A stretch of DNA of 64,000 nucleotides from assembly GCF_963853765.1 (NCBI RefSeq), contig NC_088858.1, forward strand, positions 10,850,001 to 10,914,000, read 5' to 3'. Within the stretch, counting starts at the first letter, position 1, and each line of letters opens with the position of its first letter. This document shows, one piece after another, positions 26,468 to 40,768 of the stretch. This DNA comes from Magallana gigas. Taxonomy: Eukaryota. A program made the translations under genes and the position numbers. The notes beneath the pieces were generated by a model. The model made no database searches and was not told where the DNA came from. It saw only the letters and a list, made by a program, of their open reading frames with translations.

Positions 26468-29400
26468 CTAGTGTTTATGGCCTATAGAGAGAATGACCGG
26501 CAATACAGCACCAAGAACAATGGCCACCAGGTCTTTGCTTCTAAAGCCCTTGTGTTCTTTGATGACTACACTGCCGTCTGGATTACTGTGCTGAGTTTTT
26601 GACGATGAGACTTCTGGGAGAACATGGACGGTTGCCACGTACAGAAAAGTCCCCGCGCTGAATAGCATGGCGATTCCCGTCGTCTTAGTGTCATGGAGAG
26701 ACTCAACACTTCTCTGTCAATCATAAAACACATTGATTAATATTTACTCTTATGCACATGTAAATTAACTGAAAAGACCTAATAAGTTTGCATTAGCTCA
26801 TGTAATTTTAAAGATGTATTTTTAAGGACAAAAAAACTTTGATTCCATCACATTTAAAAATTATTGGCTATTTAAAATAATTTGGCAAAATATTCACTTA
26901 AATATTTATTATATGTATTCAACTCCAAGAAATGCACCATGTATTGGTGAACTCATTGAAATAAATCATATTATTATTCTCACCTGACTTAGAATTACGT
27001 AAGTAAAAACAGCCAGGACCGGGGCAGCCAAAGCAAAAACAAGTAAGTGTTTTCTGATTCGATTTCTTTCAAATCCTTCATGGAGTAAAAATGAGACAAG
27101 GCCAAAAGCAGCTGGCATCTGAAAATTTAATACAAAATTAAAATTTCAGTCTCATTTCAATGTACTTATATCAAATAATGCAACTTATCTATTCCCAGAT
27201 TACAACAAAAAGATTATGGTAAGTATGAAAACAATTTTTAAAGAAAATAAGCTGAAAATTGGTCTGAGTAAAATATATATTACAGTACATGTACTCTGCA
27301 ATACACAGCTAGGTACTTGGACGCATGATGGCAAATTGAAACTTGTGAACAAACTACAAATGTATATTTCTGCAAAGTAAATCTTTATATGTTTATCAAA
27401 ATAAAGATGATCATCACAGAGAGTCATTTTCACACTGATTAAATACATGCATTGTGTATTTGGCAAAAATTCTCTAGATGCCTGCTACAACAGTAATGTT
27501 CCAAACAACCCTGTGCAGTACTTAACATTCTTTTGTTAATGTTGATACACTTGATTTGACTATTCATTCAATCCTATAAGTATATCAGAACATAGCCTTA
27601 CCTTGTGTAACATGATGGCTATGAACACGATCATTGTTAAGTGAGTGTGAGCTAACACTGTAGCTGCTCCTAAAGCAATGCCATCAGCTGACAAAGACAA
27701 AAACATCACATTTAGATACCCACTCACCACTACCTTACTCATTTATTTGATATTGTATTTACTATCCCTTGTATAATTTTTTTTCATATAGTTAATTTTT
27801 GAGTTTGGGACATTTATATTTTTCCATTGTTTTAATATCATCTGGGATGGGTCATTCATTGTGGCAGGTAATGGTGTTATTTCGCAGGTGAGACCAACAA
27901 AATTGGGGAATTGACAGGTATATTTAACATTTACTTGCTATCATAAGAGCAGCAGGGTCTGGATGACTGAATCACTAATTATTTGGGATCTGAATGTAAT
28001 ACTTATCTTGCAGATGCAAATGTTACAAAACCTGCAGCAATGATGAATCAAAAGCAACAGTTGACTCTGACCTTTTCAGCAGCATTAATCAACATTTCAA
28101 AACATGTAACAATAACTTTTACTGACTACAATACCTGCTGCATGGACGACTAGTCCCAATGTGGCTGTGATTCTGTTTCTGTTTTGTTGAAGTGTTTGCC
28201 CTGCCTCTGTATCTACAAATGTAAAGAAAACTTTATCGATATTACTATATTAAAATAATAGACTCGAATTTTTTGGCTTTAATACCGAGAAATCGGAAGA
28301 GTTCTGTCTTTTGTTTTATATATTTTAAACACAATTGGTACTTGAAGATTACCAATTTGTTTTTATTTTTCAATCAAGCTTCGCCAATTAATAATCAATG
28401 AAAATTCCTTTAAAAAATCCGGAAAATATTTGGATTTTTTATATTTTACAGTCTTGCACATGGACAAGCTAAATCATGGGAGGCTCCTTAGTTTATGTTT
28501 CCACAATATCACATTTGCATAACGATATTACAAGTACGAGTAAATTTTGCATGAAAATTTGTCTTTTATTCTGTTCATCAAGGGAATACGGGAGATTACT
28601 CTAACTCAGTGCATTTAATACAATACGAGAGTTCCGAATGTCAACATGGTGTGTAAATTTGTAGCGAGTAAAAAACGTTGGTGAAAAAGTGTTAAATTCT
28701 TCATTAAAATGAATTGATTTTTTAGATGAAAATTTGATTGTTCAATGAAGCCTCATTAATTTTCTCCAAAATCGTTTCGGAGCAATACTGCATTTTTTTT
28801 TGCTACATTACGGGTAGGCCTATATGGGAGGCATCTTAACTGTAGTGAAGGCCTGTTCCGAGACACAGTTAGATTATTCTTACTAAGAAGAGTGTAGTGA
28901 AATTTATAGCATGATTGTAGTCTTATAGCTTGGTTATGTAAATGTCAACAATACGGTGTGTCAATGTATCTATTTCGTAAAAGTCCGATATCATATGCAA
29001 TGACAACCCGTGCACGCACGGGTCAAAATCTAGTGTGTAATTGATTAATACATGTACCTAGTTTGTTTCTTTTCACACTTGCTGTTGGTGTAAACATATT
29101 TTTCAAGTCTTTACCTATTTACTTTACTCACTATTACAGGGTTTTTTGATACCTGCAGGTGCATGAGCATGAGCGTGAGCTCCACCAATCTGATCCACTA
29201 TTAACATGAAGATGAACCCAGACACAAGCGTGATCCCGATTAGAGAGTGGACGTCCATAGTGCTGTGATGGTGTTCATGATGTTCATGTCCTGTGGCTGT
29301 GTGTTTCTCTGTCTCTTTTGAATGAGATTCATGATGATGGGAATGGTCTAAAAATAAATGTATCTAAACAGTTCAAAGATAATAAATATATCTGACTGTA

Positions 29401-32400
29401 CCAATATACTGGTTGCAATGTTATTATTGCCTTGGGTTTTTTTTCACTCAATATTACATGTTTAAAATTTCATTCTGTTTAAAATTGTGTTTCAAGACAA
29501 CTTAAAGTAAGGCACATTTTAAATTCAGCTACTGACAATATGGGTATATATAAAGAGAACATAAAATTTAAATGTTTGTGGAAAATTCCTTGCATATAGT
29601 AATCTACTAGATAAATGATAAAAAAAAAATTGCAAAAGTCTTTGAAATAAAAGTATGATCCAAATGGCATGTGTCATCGACATAATATTTATCTCTAATT
29701 CATATCTTTCAAAATTAACATCACTGTCATCAAATAACAAGTAATACTGTATGCATGTAACTTTTAAACTACATGCATTAGAAACACCATACATTACAAC
29801 TGTAAAAATTGACACTTCTGGAATACATGTACTGTATTGTAGATGTATAATAGATGCACCTACCACCAGATGTATACATGGCATTGATGCCCTCAGGAAT
29901 TATAACAGCTAGTGCTGTACCAACAAGGAGTCCTGCTCCAAACACTGTCACAGACTTCAACTTGTCCTGAAATGGAAAATAGAAATATCTTACTGGAACT
30001 GTCAATACACTGAAATGTCCTTGGATCATATCTCACACATATCAGTAGTCGTTCTACAATGAAGTTTACCACAGAGTATAGAAATGAGACAAGGTACAAT
30101 GAAGCACATTGAAGTGGTAAAAGTTTGTGTTTGAATGGAATGTTCTAAACTTTGTATCGAACGTCAATTGTTACTTAAGACACGCCCATTTGTTTTGAAA
30201 TTCACTGTTTTGAAGTGTACACCATTTAATACTATAAAAATGATTTAATAAATAACATAAAAGACATAATTACATATAATTGAATATGGGATGCAACTTT
30301 TGTCAACATTTCCAGGGTCCAAGGGCACAACAAGATTTTATGGCATAGAATTACACAATCTAATTAAAATGAGATGTTAGATCTGCTCGCTTACTCGCTA
30401 CACATTTGTGTAGCGAGTAAGCGAGCGGATCAAACATCTCATTTTAATTAGATTGAGAATTACAAAAAATAAAATTTGGAAATTTTACACCTTTTCTCTC
30501 AAAATGTACACGCATCGGATCATTTTTATGTCGATTTTAATACCCAATTTTTTTTCTTTCAAAATGTTATGAGATTCATTGGCATTTCAAATATCAAACA
30601 TAACCCAGTTATACATGGCAAAATGTTCTAAGATTCTTGTTAATTCAAAAACTAATTGAGAAGAACAGCAACAGTGTGGCCGGTAAAGTGCCATGGGGAG
30701 TATTTTCCCTTGTTGCAAGGATTGAAGTTTTGAAAAAAGACGACATCAATCAACCAAACTTGTTGTAAATTTATTAAGACCCGACACTCTAGTCAGTAGA
30801 CCACATTATGAGTACACATTATACACTGATATTGTTATTATGGATGCATAGAGTGTTTCGTCCGTTTTTGTAAGAGTTATGGTTTTAACTCTTAAGGCCC
30901 GCCTCATCAGGGGTCTACCTATTATGATTTTCACATTATTGTAATCGTGATTGAATTATCATTTCACCCATATTCTTGTGTTTACTGTAGGCGATTATAG
31001 GTTCATTGGTAAATAGTTCTTGTTTAAATCACATTTCTTTGTCCTTCTAAAATGTAGTATCAAACTTCCAAAAATATAAAGGATGAATTAAGGAGAGAAT
31101 AATTTCAACACCCTCTCCATTTTCCTAGCTTCGAATTCGTTTTCAAGAATCGAATCAAGTGCCCTCTATTACTTCTGACCGAATATTTTGAGGCAAATTA
31201 ATTTCAAAAATGTACTAGAGGTACATGTTAATAGACTTATAAATGAAGAAAGAAAAATAATTGTGGGAAAATGTCATTTAAACAAATAATATGATCGTTA
31301 TCTTTATCATACCGTTTTCCCGTCAAATTGAAACTGGACTTAAACAGTTTTCATTTGCGTTACTTTATGAAATTGAATTTTCATGAAAACACTCTATAAC
31401 AGTAATTGATGATAAGTAATTGTCATTTGCCTTTGTTTTGCCCGTATATCTAACAATATATCCAGCCAAATAATGCTTCTATTGCAGTGAACCGAAACTA
31501 GGAAAACTACACGTGGTTCTATTTGAAGTCGTAATTTCATTCAACACTCCAATATTATTTAATATGAAGCACTATCTTATTAAATGGATTATAATTACTA
31601 ATTATCCACCAAATATGGGTCAATAACAAACTTATTTTCATAGTTAGGCTTAATTGTTTTCACACTTTCAATTTTTCTGCCTTGCACTTCCTGCAGATCA
31701 TATTTGGGTCACCTTTTTAATTTGTAAACAATTCGGTAAATAATTGTGCAAATGTTAAACAACTTAACACACTGATAGAATATTTATTTCTGTATCATTA
31801 TTACATAGCTAGGATTTTTTAAAACCTTAACTTCGTCTTTCACCAATAATTTTTCTAAAAATTATTTGATACTGGCAAATATTCGTTACCGGTAAAATGA
31901 CTGTATAACGTGTACTCATAATGTAGTCTAGAGTGTCGGGTCTTAATAAATTTACAACAAGTTTGGTTGATTGATGTCGTCTTTTTTCAAAACTTGTAGG
32001 TATTTGAGACCAATCATATGAAAGTTTTGGCAAGATGCAGCGCGATATAATTTTTTTATTTGCTACGAAGCGAGTAGATGGGACGAATTCTATCGTTAAA
32101 CCGGGTCTGTAGGACATCTGTCATTTTAAGGATAGAACATTTTATCTAACTTCAACGTAGAAACAAGTGCATGTCATATGTATCCAAGATCATGTCCAAA
32201 AATTTTTATTTTAAATCATCTTCAGAACTTAATTAAAAGAAAGGAACTTCACGCAGTTTGATTTCTAAGCAACTAAGTGAAAATCGTCATACTAGAAGAC
32301 ATTAGAAAAAATGTGTGAAATCAATGCAGGGGTAGCTATGCCGCGTACACACTGAGTGAGTGTAACACAGAATCAGCTGAGTATGTGACGATACCTCTGA

Positions 32401-32490
32401 CAAGGTAATGGAAAGAGGGATGATTCCAGCTATATAACATCCGATCAGCATAGAAAGTGACAGTAAGATAAGGGTCCAAAGATCATCCAT
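26468..32490 (-). CDS. SLC39A9: Zinc transporter ZIP9, 7 coding exons, 312 aa
   Basis: Exons 32490-32395, 29966-29864, 29347-29153, 28212-28135, 27687-27602, 27118-26984, 26713-26468 (939 nt, phase-consistent). Motifs [69 protein letters not shown]. Confidence 0.96.
28878..29033 (+). mobile_element. Short non-autonomous Helitron
   Basis: 3' hairpin CCCGTGCACGCACGGG followed by CTAG|T. The 5' TCTTACTAAGAAG start is approximate. Confidence 0.65.
30356..30455. repeat. 100-bp near-perfect palindrome in ZIP9 intron 1
   Basis: 49-bp arms with 2 mismatches and a 2-nt loop. Confidence 0.95.
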
Positions 32491-33056
32491 GTTGACAGTA
32501 GATTGTCTTCCGTGAAGAAATAGCAATCAAGGATTGAAAAGAACAGCTGTAGTTTTTCTACATGTCGACGAGTACATGTCAATGTGAAAAGTTTGCTTAA
32601 AATATTTGCGGTTAAGATCCGCGTCTTCAAACGCATTAATGATTGTTACCTTGAAAGTTGACTGTTTGTACCATTAATTACTCGCGAAAAATACCTAATA
32701 GTTAAGTGGATCCTTTTGCACTTGATAAAAGATATTCATCTTGTTAATATATATATAATTATTAAAAAACAAATTTAAGAACAGGTATCCTCAAGTCAGT
32801 CCATTGTAGTTCGAAATGTAAAAAAATAATTTTAAGAATGAGTTAACCAAAAATATTGATAAATATTTTTATTTTTTAAAGAATATAATATATTCTATGC
32901 ATTTATGTTTTAAATGTTTATCCAAATTTCAGAAAATCTTAATTGAGAAAAATTCCACAAATAATACTGGTTCACATTTCTGTTAATTGAACCAGTTTAG
33001 CTGCGTGAGGCCTCGTTTCTTCTCCATCTCAAGTTTCAGTCTTCAAAGAAGTCACA
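32491..33056. promoter_or_regulatory. Bidirectional promoter / 5' UTR region of SLC39A9 and ERH
   Basis: Divergent start codons at 32490 (minus) and 33057 (plus), 566 bp apart. Confidence 0.8.
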
Positions 33057-36000
33057 ATGGTAATGTGGTGCATTTAGTCAAAATTAATTCGCAAAATTTA
33101 GCGAATTGTGTTTGCATATATTTTGATTTTATCAGTTTCCTGGTTAAATATTTGGTTTTGAAATCCTTTCCGAATTTGTTTTGTTCTAACTTGTCTGTAA
33201 AGATTGTGGTAAAGATAAAATCTCATATTCACTTTTGTTTTAAAATTAGTGTAGAAAGGAAAACAGTTTGCTTTAGGAATGAAGGTATATTGACAGATGG
33301 AAAGAGCGTGTTAGCCACTGTACATATTTAACAATATACAGATCAATATACCTTTACACTTAAGTTGTTTTGTGTGATTCTGTAGTAAAAGGAGAAAGTT
33401 TTTATGAAATAATGTAATTTCATGTGTGTAAGACTGGTACATTGCAGCTTATTGTACTTATCTAAGTTTATCCCAACTCCCGTAATCTCTCAATCTCTTG
33501 TCTTGATTCTGTTGGAGCAATGCATTACAGTAGTACAATCCTTGCACATCATTATTGATTATTTGACATAAACATTAAAGATATTCATTTTTGGGGTATC
33601 TTCTTGCTGAGACTTTTTAGAATGAAAAGAAAAGTTTTTTTCAGGAAAATGCACACTACAACAAATAACCATAATGTACTACATCATAATAAAAAATCAG
33701 ATAGTTAGAGTATTACAGTGCTATTTAGAAGTAAGTCAATATCAATTAGGCCAAAATAAAAAGATTGTATGTTTGCCCAAACGCGACCGACCCGAAAAAA
33801 AATCCGCCGACTCAAATTCTTTTTTTGCCGTTTTTTGGAAGAATTTTTTTTTCCGGATATTTTTCAGATGTCGCGCTCTCATTGGTCAATTCAATATTGC
33901 TCAAGATAACTCGTACACGGACTTGTATTTTAGAGGGATTTTCAAACGATATTCAAACTTGCTTTGATGCAAGAAATACATAGTCACGTCCTACCGAATT
34001 TTCGAGGTATGGTTAAACTATTTCTATATAAATATGAAAATTAATACATATACTCACCACCTAATAAGAACTTCTTCACTCATCGTTTGAATATCCCTCT
34101 AAAATACGAGTCACCGTACGATCTTGTTCAACAAGAGCGCATGAATAAATTTGGTGCGCAACATATGATCGAAGAAAGTGTCACCGGAGAGTAAACTGGA
34201 AGAAAATGCGTGACAACTTCTAAAATTGTTGCCGATGTTTAAATTTTGCTGGTATTCCTAAAAACTATGGTCCTTTCCCGATCTAATGATACCTAGAGTG
34301 CAGGGTTTAACGTCCGAGAAGAATTAATACGAGGCGACCGAAATCGGGAGGTAGCGATTTTTTTGAGTTTTGATTCGGGTACGGGATGTTTCGCACCTAA
34401 ACATGTTTCGCGCTGAGATGGTTCGCACCTTTTCTGTTTTGCGCTGAGATGGTTCGCACCGCGATGTTTCGCAGCGAATACATTCTTAACAATGAATGAT
34501 TTATGAAACATGTACATGTAAATGTTAATTTTATGTAGCCGGTGTCGGTAGAATAAACACTGACATATTATGTAAACATAAACAGTAAACACATAGTTTT
34601 TTTTTTATCGTAGATATTACAAGAATATAAGTGAATAAGAAAATAAATTTTAAAAAGTCACTTGAGTAGAGCCATATCTTAATTATTTATTTGTATTTGC
34701 TGCTTAAAATAGTATAAAAATAAATCCGACAATAAATATGTGTGCTATAAAAAATTACTATTATTTTGCATATACGGAATTTGAGCAAACAATCGTTTGC
34801 AAGTTGTTTTAAAAGATACAATTTCCTCTAAACTTATCACTCTGTACAAGTGTGTCCCTGAATATTTATCCCAAATTAGCCTATTCCTTATACAAGGAGT
34901 AATGATTCTGCATATAGAACTATATAACGTTATGTGTTATTTATGTGTATTTTTCAGTAATTAGTATGTCATTCTCCAATGACATAATTATTAATTCATA
35001 AATATATGGGAACGGAAATTAAATTATCCCCACCTTTAGATCTGTGGTACTTAATTACCTGCAATAACACCCCTATTTTCTTTTTTTTATAAAAATATAG
35101 ATCTCAAGTGAAAGACGTGCTATAATTGTTATCACAACTCAAATAATACCTCTTGTTCTGAACCTATATAATAAGGCCATAGCTTCAAAGGCTTCATAAA
35201 AAACCCAACGAAAACGAAAAAATCATTATACTAGCGGCGCATATATAAATGCAAACACCGTTTCAATGGTTTTTAATAACTTATTTCAATTCTTAAATAG
35301 TTTATGATTAATTTTAGAGCAATAATAACACGAGAAAAATATCTTAATACAGCGAGATGTTTCGCTCCGAGGGAGGTGCGAATCATCTCAGTGCGAAACA
35401 GAATAGGTGCGAACCATCCCGGATTCTTTGATTCCTCCCTTGTGTATTTTATTGTATAGAGGTGGTAGATATAAAAGGTTGGAAAAACTTCGTGACGAGC
35501 CCCCGTGTGTTAACAAAGAAAAATCATACTTGGATGTATTGATGTCCAACGCCAGGCATTTGGCATGCACTAAAAACCCAATTTATTGTTGAATGATTTA
35601 ATTCAGTATAATAGACTAATACATGTACATACAGGTCTTAAATTCATGGCTTTTGATTGTCTCTACAAAGGTATGATGGTGAAAAAGATATACTCAGTGT
35701 TTTAATATCTTCATGCAAATTCTGAAAAAAAAGAAAAAAAAAGAATTTGCCTACCTACCTACCCACACCCAGTCATCATGGGTCGGGTTTGGACAAACGG
35801 AAATATTTTTAATTGTGGCCTTACATATAATTTACTGTATACAGGGAAATATTCGCCTCTGTTTTATTTTCATCCATTTTTCCCTTGTTGTAAACGAGTG
35901 AATCCAAGACTGTGCAAATTCCAAAGTCTGAATTTATCTCACTTTTAACAACTTTGGGCGAATTCAAGACAAGGCAAAACCACTGCAAGTCGAGAAGGGT

Positions 36001-39000
36001 GAAAATATCATAGGGTGAAATTCACCCTTTTACAGTATCATTGAATAGTAATGGAATCAACCCTGGGATTGCTGCAGATGATTTGTTAACTGCCATGTAC
36101 ATTGTACAGTGGGCAGCACAAGTTTGACTCAATGTTTATATTGTAGATAGATGTTTTTATTGTAGATGAATTTTAATATTACATTTTTTTTTCTCTCTGT
36201 TTTCATGAAATCATTGTTGACAGATAAGAAAAAATGTTTTTAATTTTAAGGTTTCACTTGAAAAAAAAAAATGAAAAACACAGACTTTTAATTATTTTTT
36301 TATGTTTCATAAATAATTTCAATTTGTTTTAGTCTCACACAATTTTGCTGGTGCAACCCAACCCACGACCAGACACCAGGACATACTCTGACTATGAGTC
36401 CCTGAATGAATGTCTAGAGGGTAAGAAACCTTCGTTAGATATTGAATTCATTTCCATTTATTTTAGAAACAAAATTAACTGAAGCTTTTGATGTCCGATT
36501 CATTATATATTGGATTGAACCAAACATGTGGATATTTTGTCCAAACTTTGCTAGCCAGCTGTTTAGGATTCCCTCCACTCCTGAGAGTAGATTGTAAACC
36601 CTTGGCAAGCAAAGGTGATATTGCTTAGAGCCATTATTATTTTGACAAGGGCTTGGACTTGCAGTAGGATGTTACTATTCAGTTTGGTCATCAAAACAAG
36701 ATGTAAAATATTTAAAGCTGCTTGGTCCAATTTCTTTGTTATTATAGTATCAAATAATTTTCCATACAAACCATTTATCTTGGATAGTTATGGACTTTCT
36801 CCTATTTACACCAGCAGAATCGGTCTTCTTTCAAAGTTAGAGATATTCAAAGTAAATAAAAATAATTTTTCTTTGAGCAAACGAAAAAACAAACCAAAAT
36901 GCAAAATGGTATGTTTAGAAAAGGGAACTGTTTGGTTTCGTCCCCCTAATGATTAGGGTTATTCAACCCGCATGCTATGCATCGATTGTAAACAAAGCAA
37001 ACTTCAGAAATATTAGCGAACAAAACATACACAGGTTTATTTGTAATTTGTCTGAACATTATGACATTTATTTATAGCGATGTCAAAGTCATAATACAAC
37101 CATACCCGTCTTGAAGTCAGGGGTGAATTTTAACATGAGGCGAAATGACGCGATACCCTATTTATGTCCTTTGTTTTGTTAACAAATTTTGTGCATAATT
37201 TTTTTCATTGAAATTTGGCTTAATTGACTAAGCAAACTACTGCAATGTCTGTTATTATACATATACTTAGCAGAACCATCGTTTAAAAACGTGCACAAAA
37301 TTTGGCATAAAATCGGACCGAGCAGCTTCAACTCATTTCTTCTAATTCGCTAAGAGAAGCTCACTAATATTCATAGACTGTCAAAATTTAGAAGTTTTTT
37401 GCCAAAATCTGCTCTGTTGTCTAAATTGACACTATTTATACCCCCGCAAACGAAGTTTAGGGGGGTATATTGGTTTCACCCTGTCCGTCTGTCCGTCTGT
37501 CCGTCTGTCCGTCTGTCTGTAGACGCAACTTTGTCCCCCCTATAGAATTTTTTATTACTGCATGGAACAGTTTGAAAATTTGTACATATGTTGAACACCA
37601 TCTGAAGATGTGCACCTGCAATTTTTTTTAAGATCAGACAAGATTTAATGATTTTATGACAGTTTTCATTTTCCTTATTCTATATATTGTACACTAATGT
37701 TGAAAAGTAAGGGAGGTAATCCTTACAGATTTTATTAATTAATTAATAGAAAACACTCTAAAATATATTTATATAAATACATCCAGATGGAGTTTTTTGT
37801 CTTTATGTCTTAATTAATAAAAAAAAAATTATTTTTTATAAGTATTCTATCAACTGACAATGCAAAGTTTTTGTTTGTCAGTGATAAATTCTTAGGAGCT
37901 AATGAGAACATCAAAGACAAGTGTGGCTGAATTCATTTGTCCCAAGGGAGCCATTATCTGAGCCATGGCTCAGATGGAGCATGTGTTTAGGGGAAATTGA
38001 TAATCTGTAAAATGGGTGATGGTTTTGGGGCTATTTTAAAACTGTTTCATGTAAACCAAAAGGTCTATCATTATAAGGAAATAAATAATATAATTATTAA
38101 TAAAGAAGTTAAACTATTTTTAGAGGTTGTTGAAATTTATTTGTCAAGTAATTTGATGTAGTGACCCTATTGGGCATTAATTTAAATGAAATTCAAAATT
38201 ACTGATATGATTGTAGTGTTTTGGCAATTTTAAAATTGTTTGTAATATTAAATTTTCTTTTTTACATATTTTTACATAGTATGGTAATTATGGTAATGTT
38301 TTGGGAGTTTATTAAATTTAACAAACTCATCAAAGAAAATCATAGTCCTATGGGATCAATTTTCTGATATGGAGTTCAATTGTGCCATAGGAGAAAATGA
38401 GGAAAATTTGAAACAACTAATTGCATCTGTCAAGACTCTTATTAGAAAGATATTGAAAGTTTTATCAACAGAAGAGCATTGCTTGGCTACCGGTATTTCT
38501 ATTCACTGCAAAGGGAGGGGTTATTGTCATTTTGTTGGTTTTTCCTTAAATCAATTAAATTAAAAAAATATATCATCAAAAACATACATTTGTAAATGTA
38601 TTGCTGTTATAGATATGTTTTTACAGTGAAATTCTGACAATTTTGATTTTAATTTTTCTTTGTTAACTTTTTTTTTTTTTTTTTTACAATTCTAGAATTT
38701 TTTTTTTTATGTGTTCCAAACTTTAATTATTATTCAATTCAATTATTTGTCCCATTTGAAATTAGCCTAGCGGGGGTATTAGTCCCATTAGGACAGTTCT
38801 AGTTTTCAACTGAAATATACTTCCCTTGATAAAGCCGGACAAGTGTCATTGTGGTAATTAAATTTATTCATATCTATTAGCCAATGACTGGACAGTCAAC
38901 CATGACCCGCCTTAATCATATCAATGGTTATCACATACTGGCAAAAAATCCATGCTCTAAATCAACTTGATCCAAGACAAGTGAAGAATTTCAAGTAAAA

Positions 39001-39549
39001 GGAGAACTAGCATAAAATTTATTAAATTGATAGGTTTACAGGTTATAATTAGGTATGTATGCATCATGAATTGCAATTTTCTAATTTTCAAGGCATCTGC
39101 AAGATATACGAGGAGCATCTGAAGAGGCAGAATCCTGATTGCCCCTCAATCACTTACGACATTTCCCAGCTGTTTGACTTTGTTGATCAGCTGACAGACC
39201 TGAGCTGCTTGGTGTAAGTTTCTTTTTTAATCCAATACCTTTCCAACTGTACATGTACTCTGCGCTGCCTGGTATAATATGGTGCATCTATTCTTTACTG
39301 CCTGGTGTAAGTTTTATGTATCTGTAAATGTTCACTGCGTTGCGTGGTGTGTCATATACCTTTACATGTACCGTACTTAATGCTACAAATCAGTTGCTGA
39401 AGATTTACATCTACAATTTATGAATTAAAAAGATATGTGCTTTTCCTTATTGCAGTTACCAGAAAAATCAAGGCAGCTATGCTCCCCACAACAAGGACTG
39501 GTTAAAAGAGAAGATCTACATAATGCTGAGAAAGCAGGCAGGTCGCTAA
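33057..39549 (+). CDS. ERH: Enhancer of rudimentary homolog, 101 aa
   Basis: Exons 33057-33059 (ATG only, then GTAATG), 36333-36420, 39093-39213, 39456-39549. Translation: [101 protein letters not shown]. Confidence 0.96.
33747..34150. mobile_element. DNA-transposon remnants in ERH intron 1
   Basis: Internal inverted repeat ttgtattttagagggattttcaaacgat / atcgtttgaatatccctctaaaatacga. The left end taggccaaaat..tttgcccaaacgcgacc resembles the reverse complement of 35780-35823. Confidence 0.45.
34382..35421. mobile_element. Non-autonomous DNA transposon with subterminal repeat arrays
   Basis: TIR cgggatgtttcgcacct / aggtgcgaaccatcccg, with repeated GATGGTTCGCACC units in inverted orientation at both ends. 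Confidence 0.75.
35833..36037. mobile_element. TA-flanked MITE
   Basis: TACTGTATACAGGG ... CCCTTTTACAGTA. Confidence 0.7.
37435..38802 (+). mobile_element. Helentron-associated non-autonomous element (HINE/DINE-1-like)
   Basis: 5' subTIR TTTATACCCCCGC with nearby inverted GGGGGTATA, a (GTCCGTCT)n microsatellite, 3' subTIR GCGGGGGTATTA, and a short hairpin gtcc-cattag-gac. Confidence 0.85.
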
Positions 39550-40259
39550 TTCCACTAGGAATGTGGTGCAGTAATGACAGAGACATTATGATTTCATCTA
39601 CCATTATCATAGTTACCCATGTAGTATCAATTTATGTTGACATTGCCTTGTTGTTGCAACACATTTCTTCATTGATTTTACAAACTTATAGTGAAGCATT
39701 ATTTTGTTTATGATTTAGTTTTAAAGATGAGGTACTGTAATTATGTGTATACTGTAGATTTCATGTTTTGTTATTTTGTTGATTTTGCAACACAGGGGCT
39801 GAGGGATAGTCATTACCATTGAATGTCTGGTAGAATCAGCAATTTTTAGTCTTAACAATTCTGTAAAATTTCATCATGTTTCAGACATAAAAAGATGATA
39901 CTCTTTCTCTTGAAAAATATTAAATTTGCAAATTACATTGAAATTAATTTACCTTAAAATCAGTTGATTTATTGTACAATTCTATGTCATTGTATTTAAA
40001 TGAACTGGCATCAATTTGGATGAAGTGTATGGGTGTTTTGAAAGAATTTTACTTTGTGAAGCAGTTACTGTTTGGAAAATATGTTTCAAAATAAATTTTT
40101 TTTCTTAAGGCCTATTTTGATTATTATTCAAACAATAAAACGATTTCCTTAGTAGTTTATCCAGGCATGAAAGTAGTAAGCATTGTAGAAAAAATGCAGC
40201 TACCTTTAATATACATGTATTCTATTTAAACTACTGTTACTGATAGAAACATATTAGTT

Positions 40260-40547
40260 ATTATGCCCCCCTCTTCCAAGAAGGGAGGGCATATTGCTTT
40301 GCTGCTGTCGGTCGTCCACCTAGTTTCCATTTATTTTCTTCGCAGAGGATAAACATATTGAAATGAAATTTGGTATACAGGTTTATCATGATAATATCTA
40401 GGTCAAGTTCGATATTGGGTACGATTGAGCCATTTTCGACAGAGTAATGGCCCTTGGACGTAGAAAAATTCCAGTTATTTACGTTCATTTTCTTTGTGAA
40501 TGTTTCCAAGGGAGGGGGGCGTAAGTGTTTTACAAACATCTCATGTT
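40260..40547 (+). mobile_element. Pearl/CvA-like HINE (Helentron-type MITE)
   Basis: TTATGCCCCCTC..GAGGGCATA 5' structure, a gtcggtcgtcc micro-repeat, and a 3' GAGGGGGCGTAA subTIR with hairpin. Confidence 0.75.
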
Positions 40548-40571
40548 AAATAATGTACTAGTACATGTATT

Positions 40572-40768
40572 TACTGTAAAAGTGGTTATTTACCAGTGGG
40601 GAAATTTACACTAGTTACCTGGTAGGCTTAAAATCGTGCAAGATACCGTAAAAAAAAATCAAAACATTAGTATGGTAAATCACGCATCCAATTATTTAAA
40701 ACCCATTTGTATTGTTTTACAGTAGAAATGGTACTTAACCTCTTTTGTAAATAACCACTTTTACAGTA
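40572..40768. mobile_element. TA-flanked MITE
   Basis: Perfect 22-bp TIR TACTGTAAAAGTGGTTATTTAC / GTAAATAACCACTTTTACAGTA. Confidence 0.85.
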
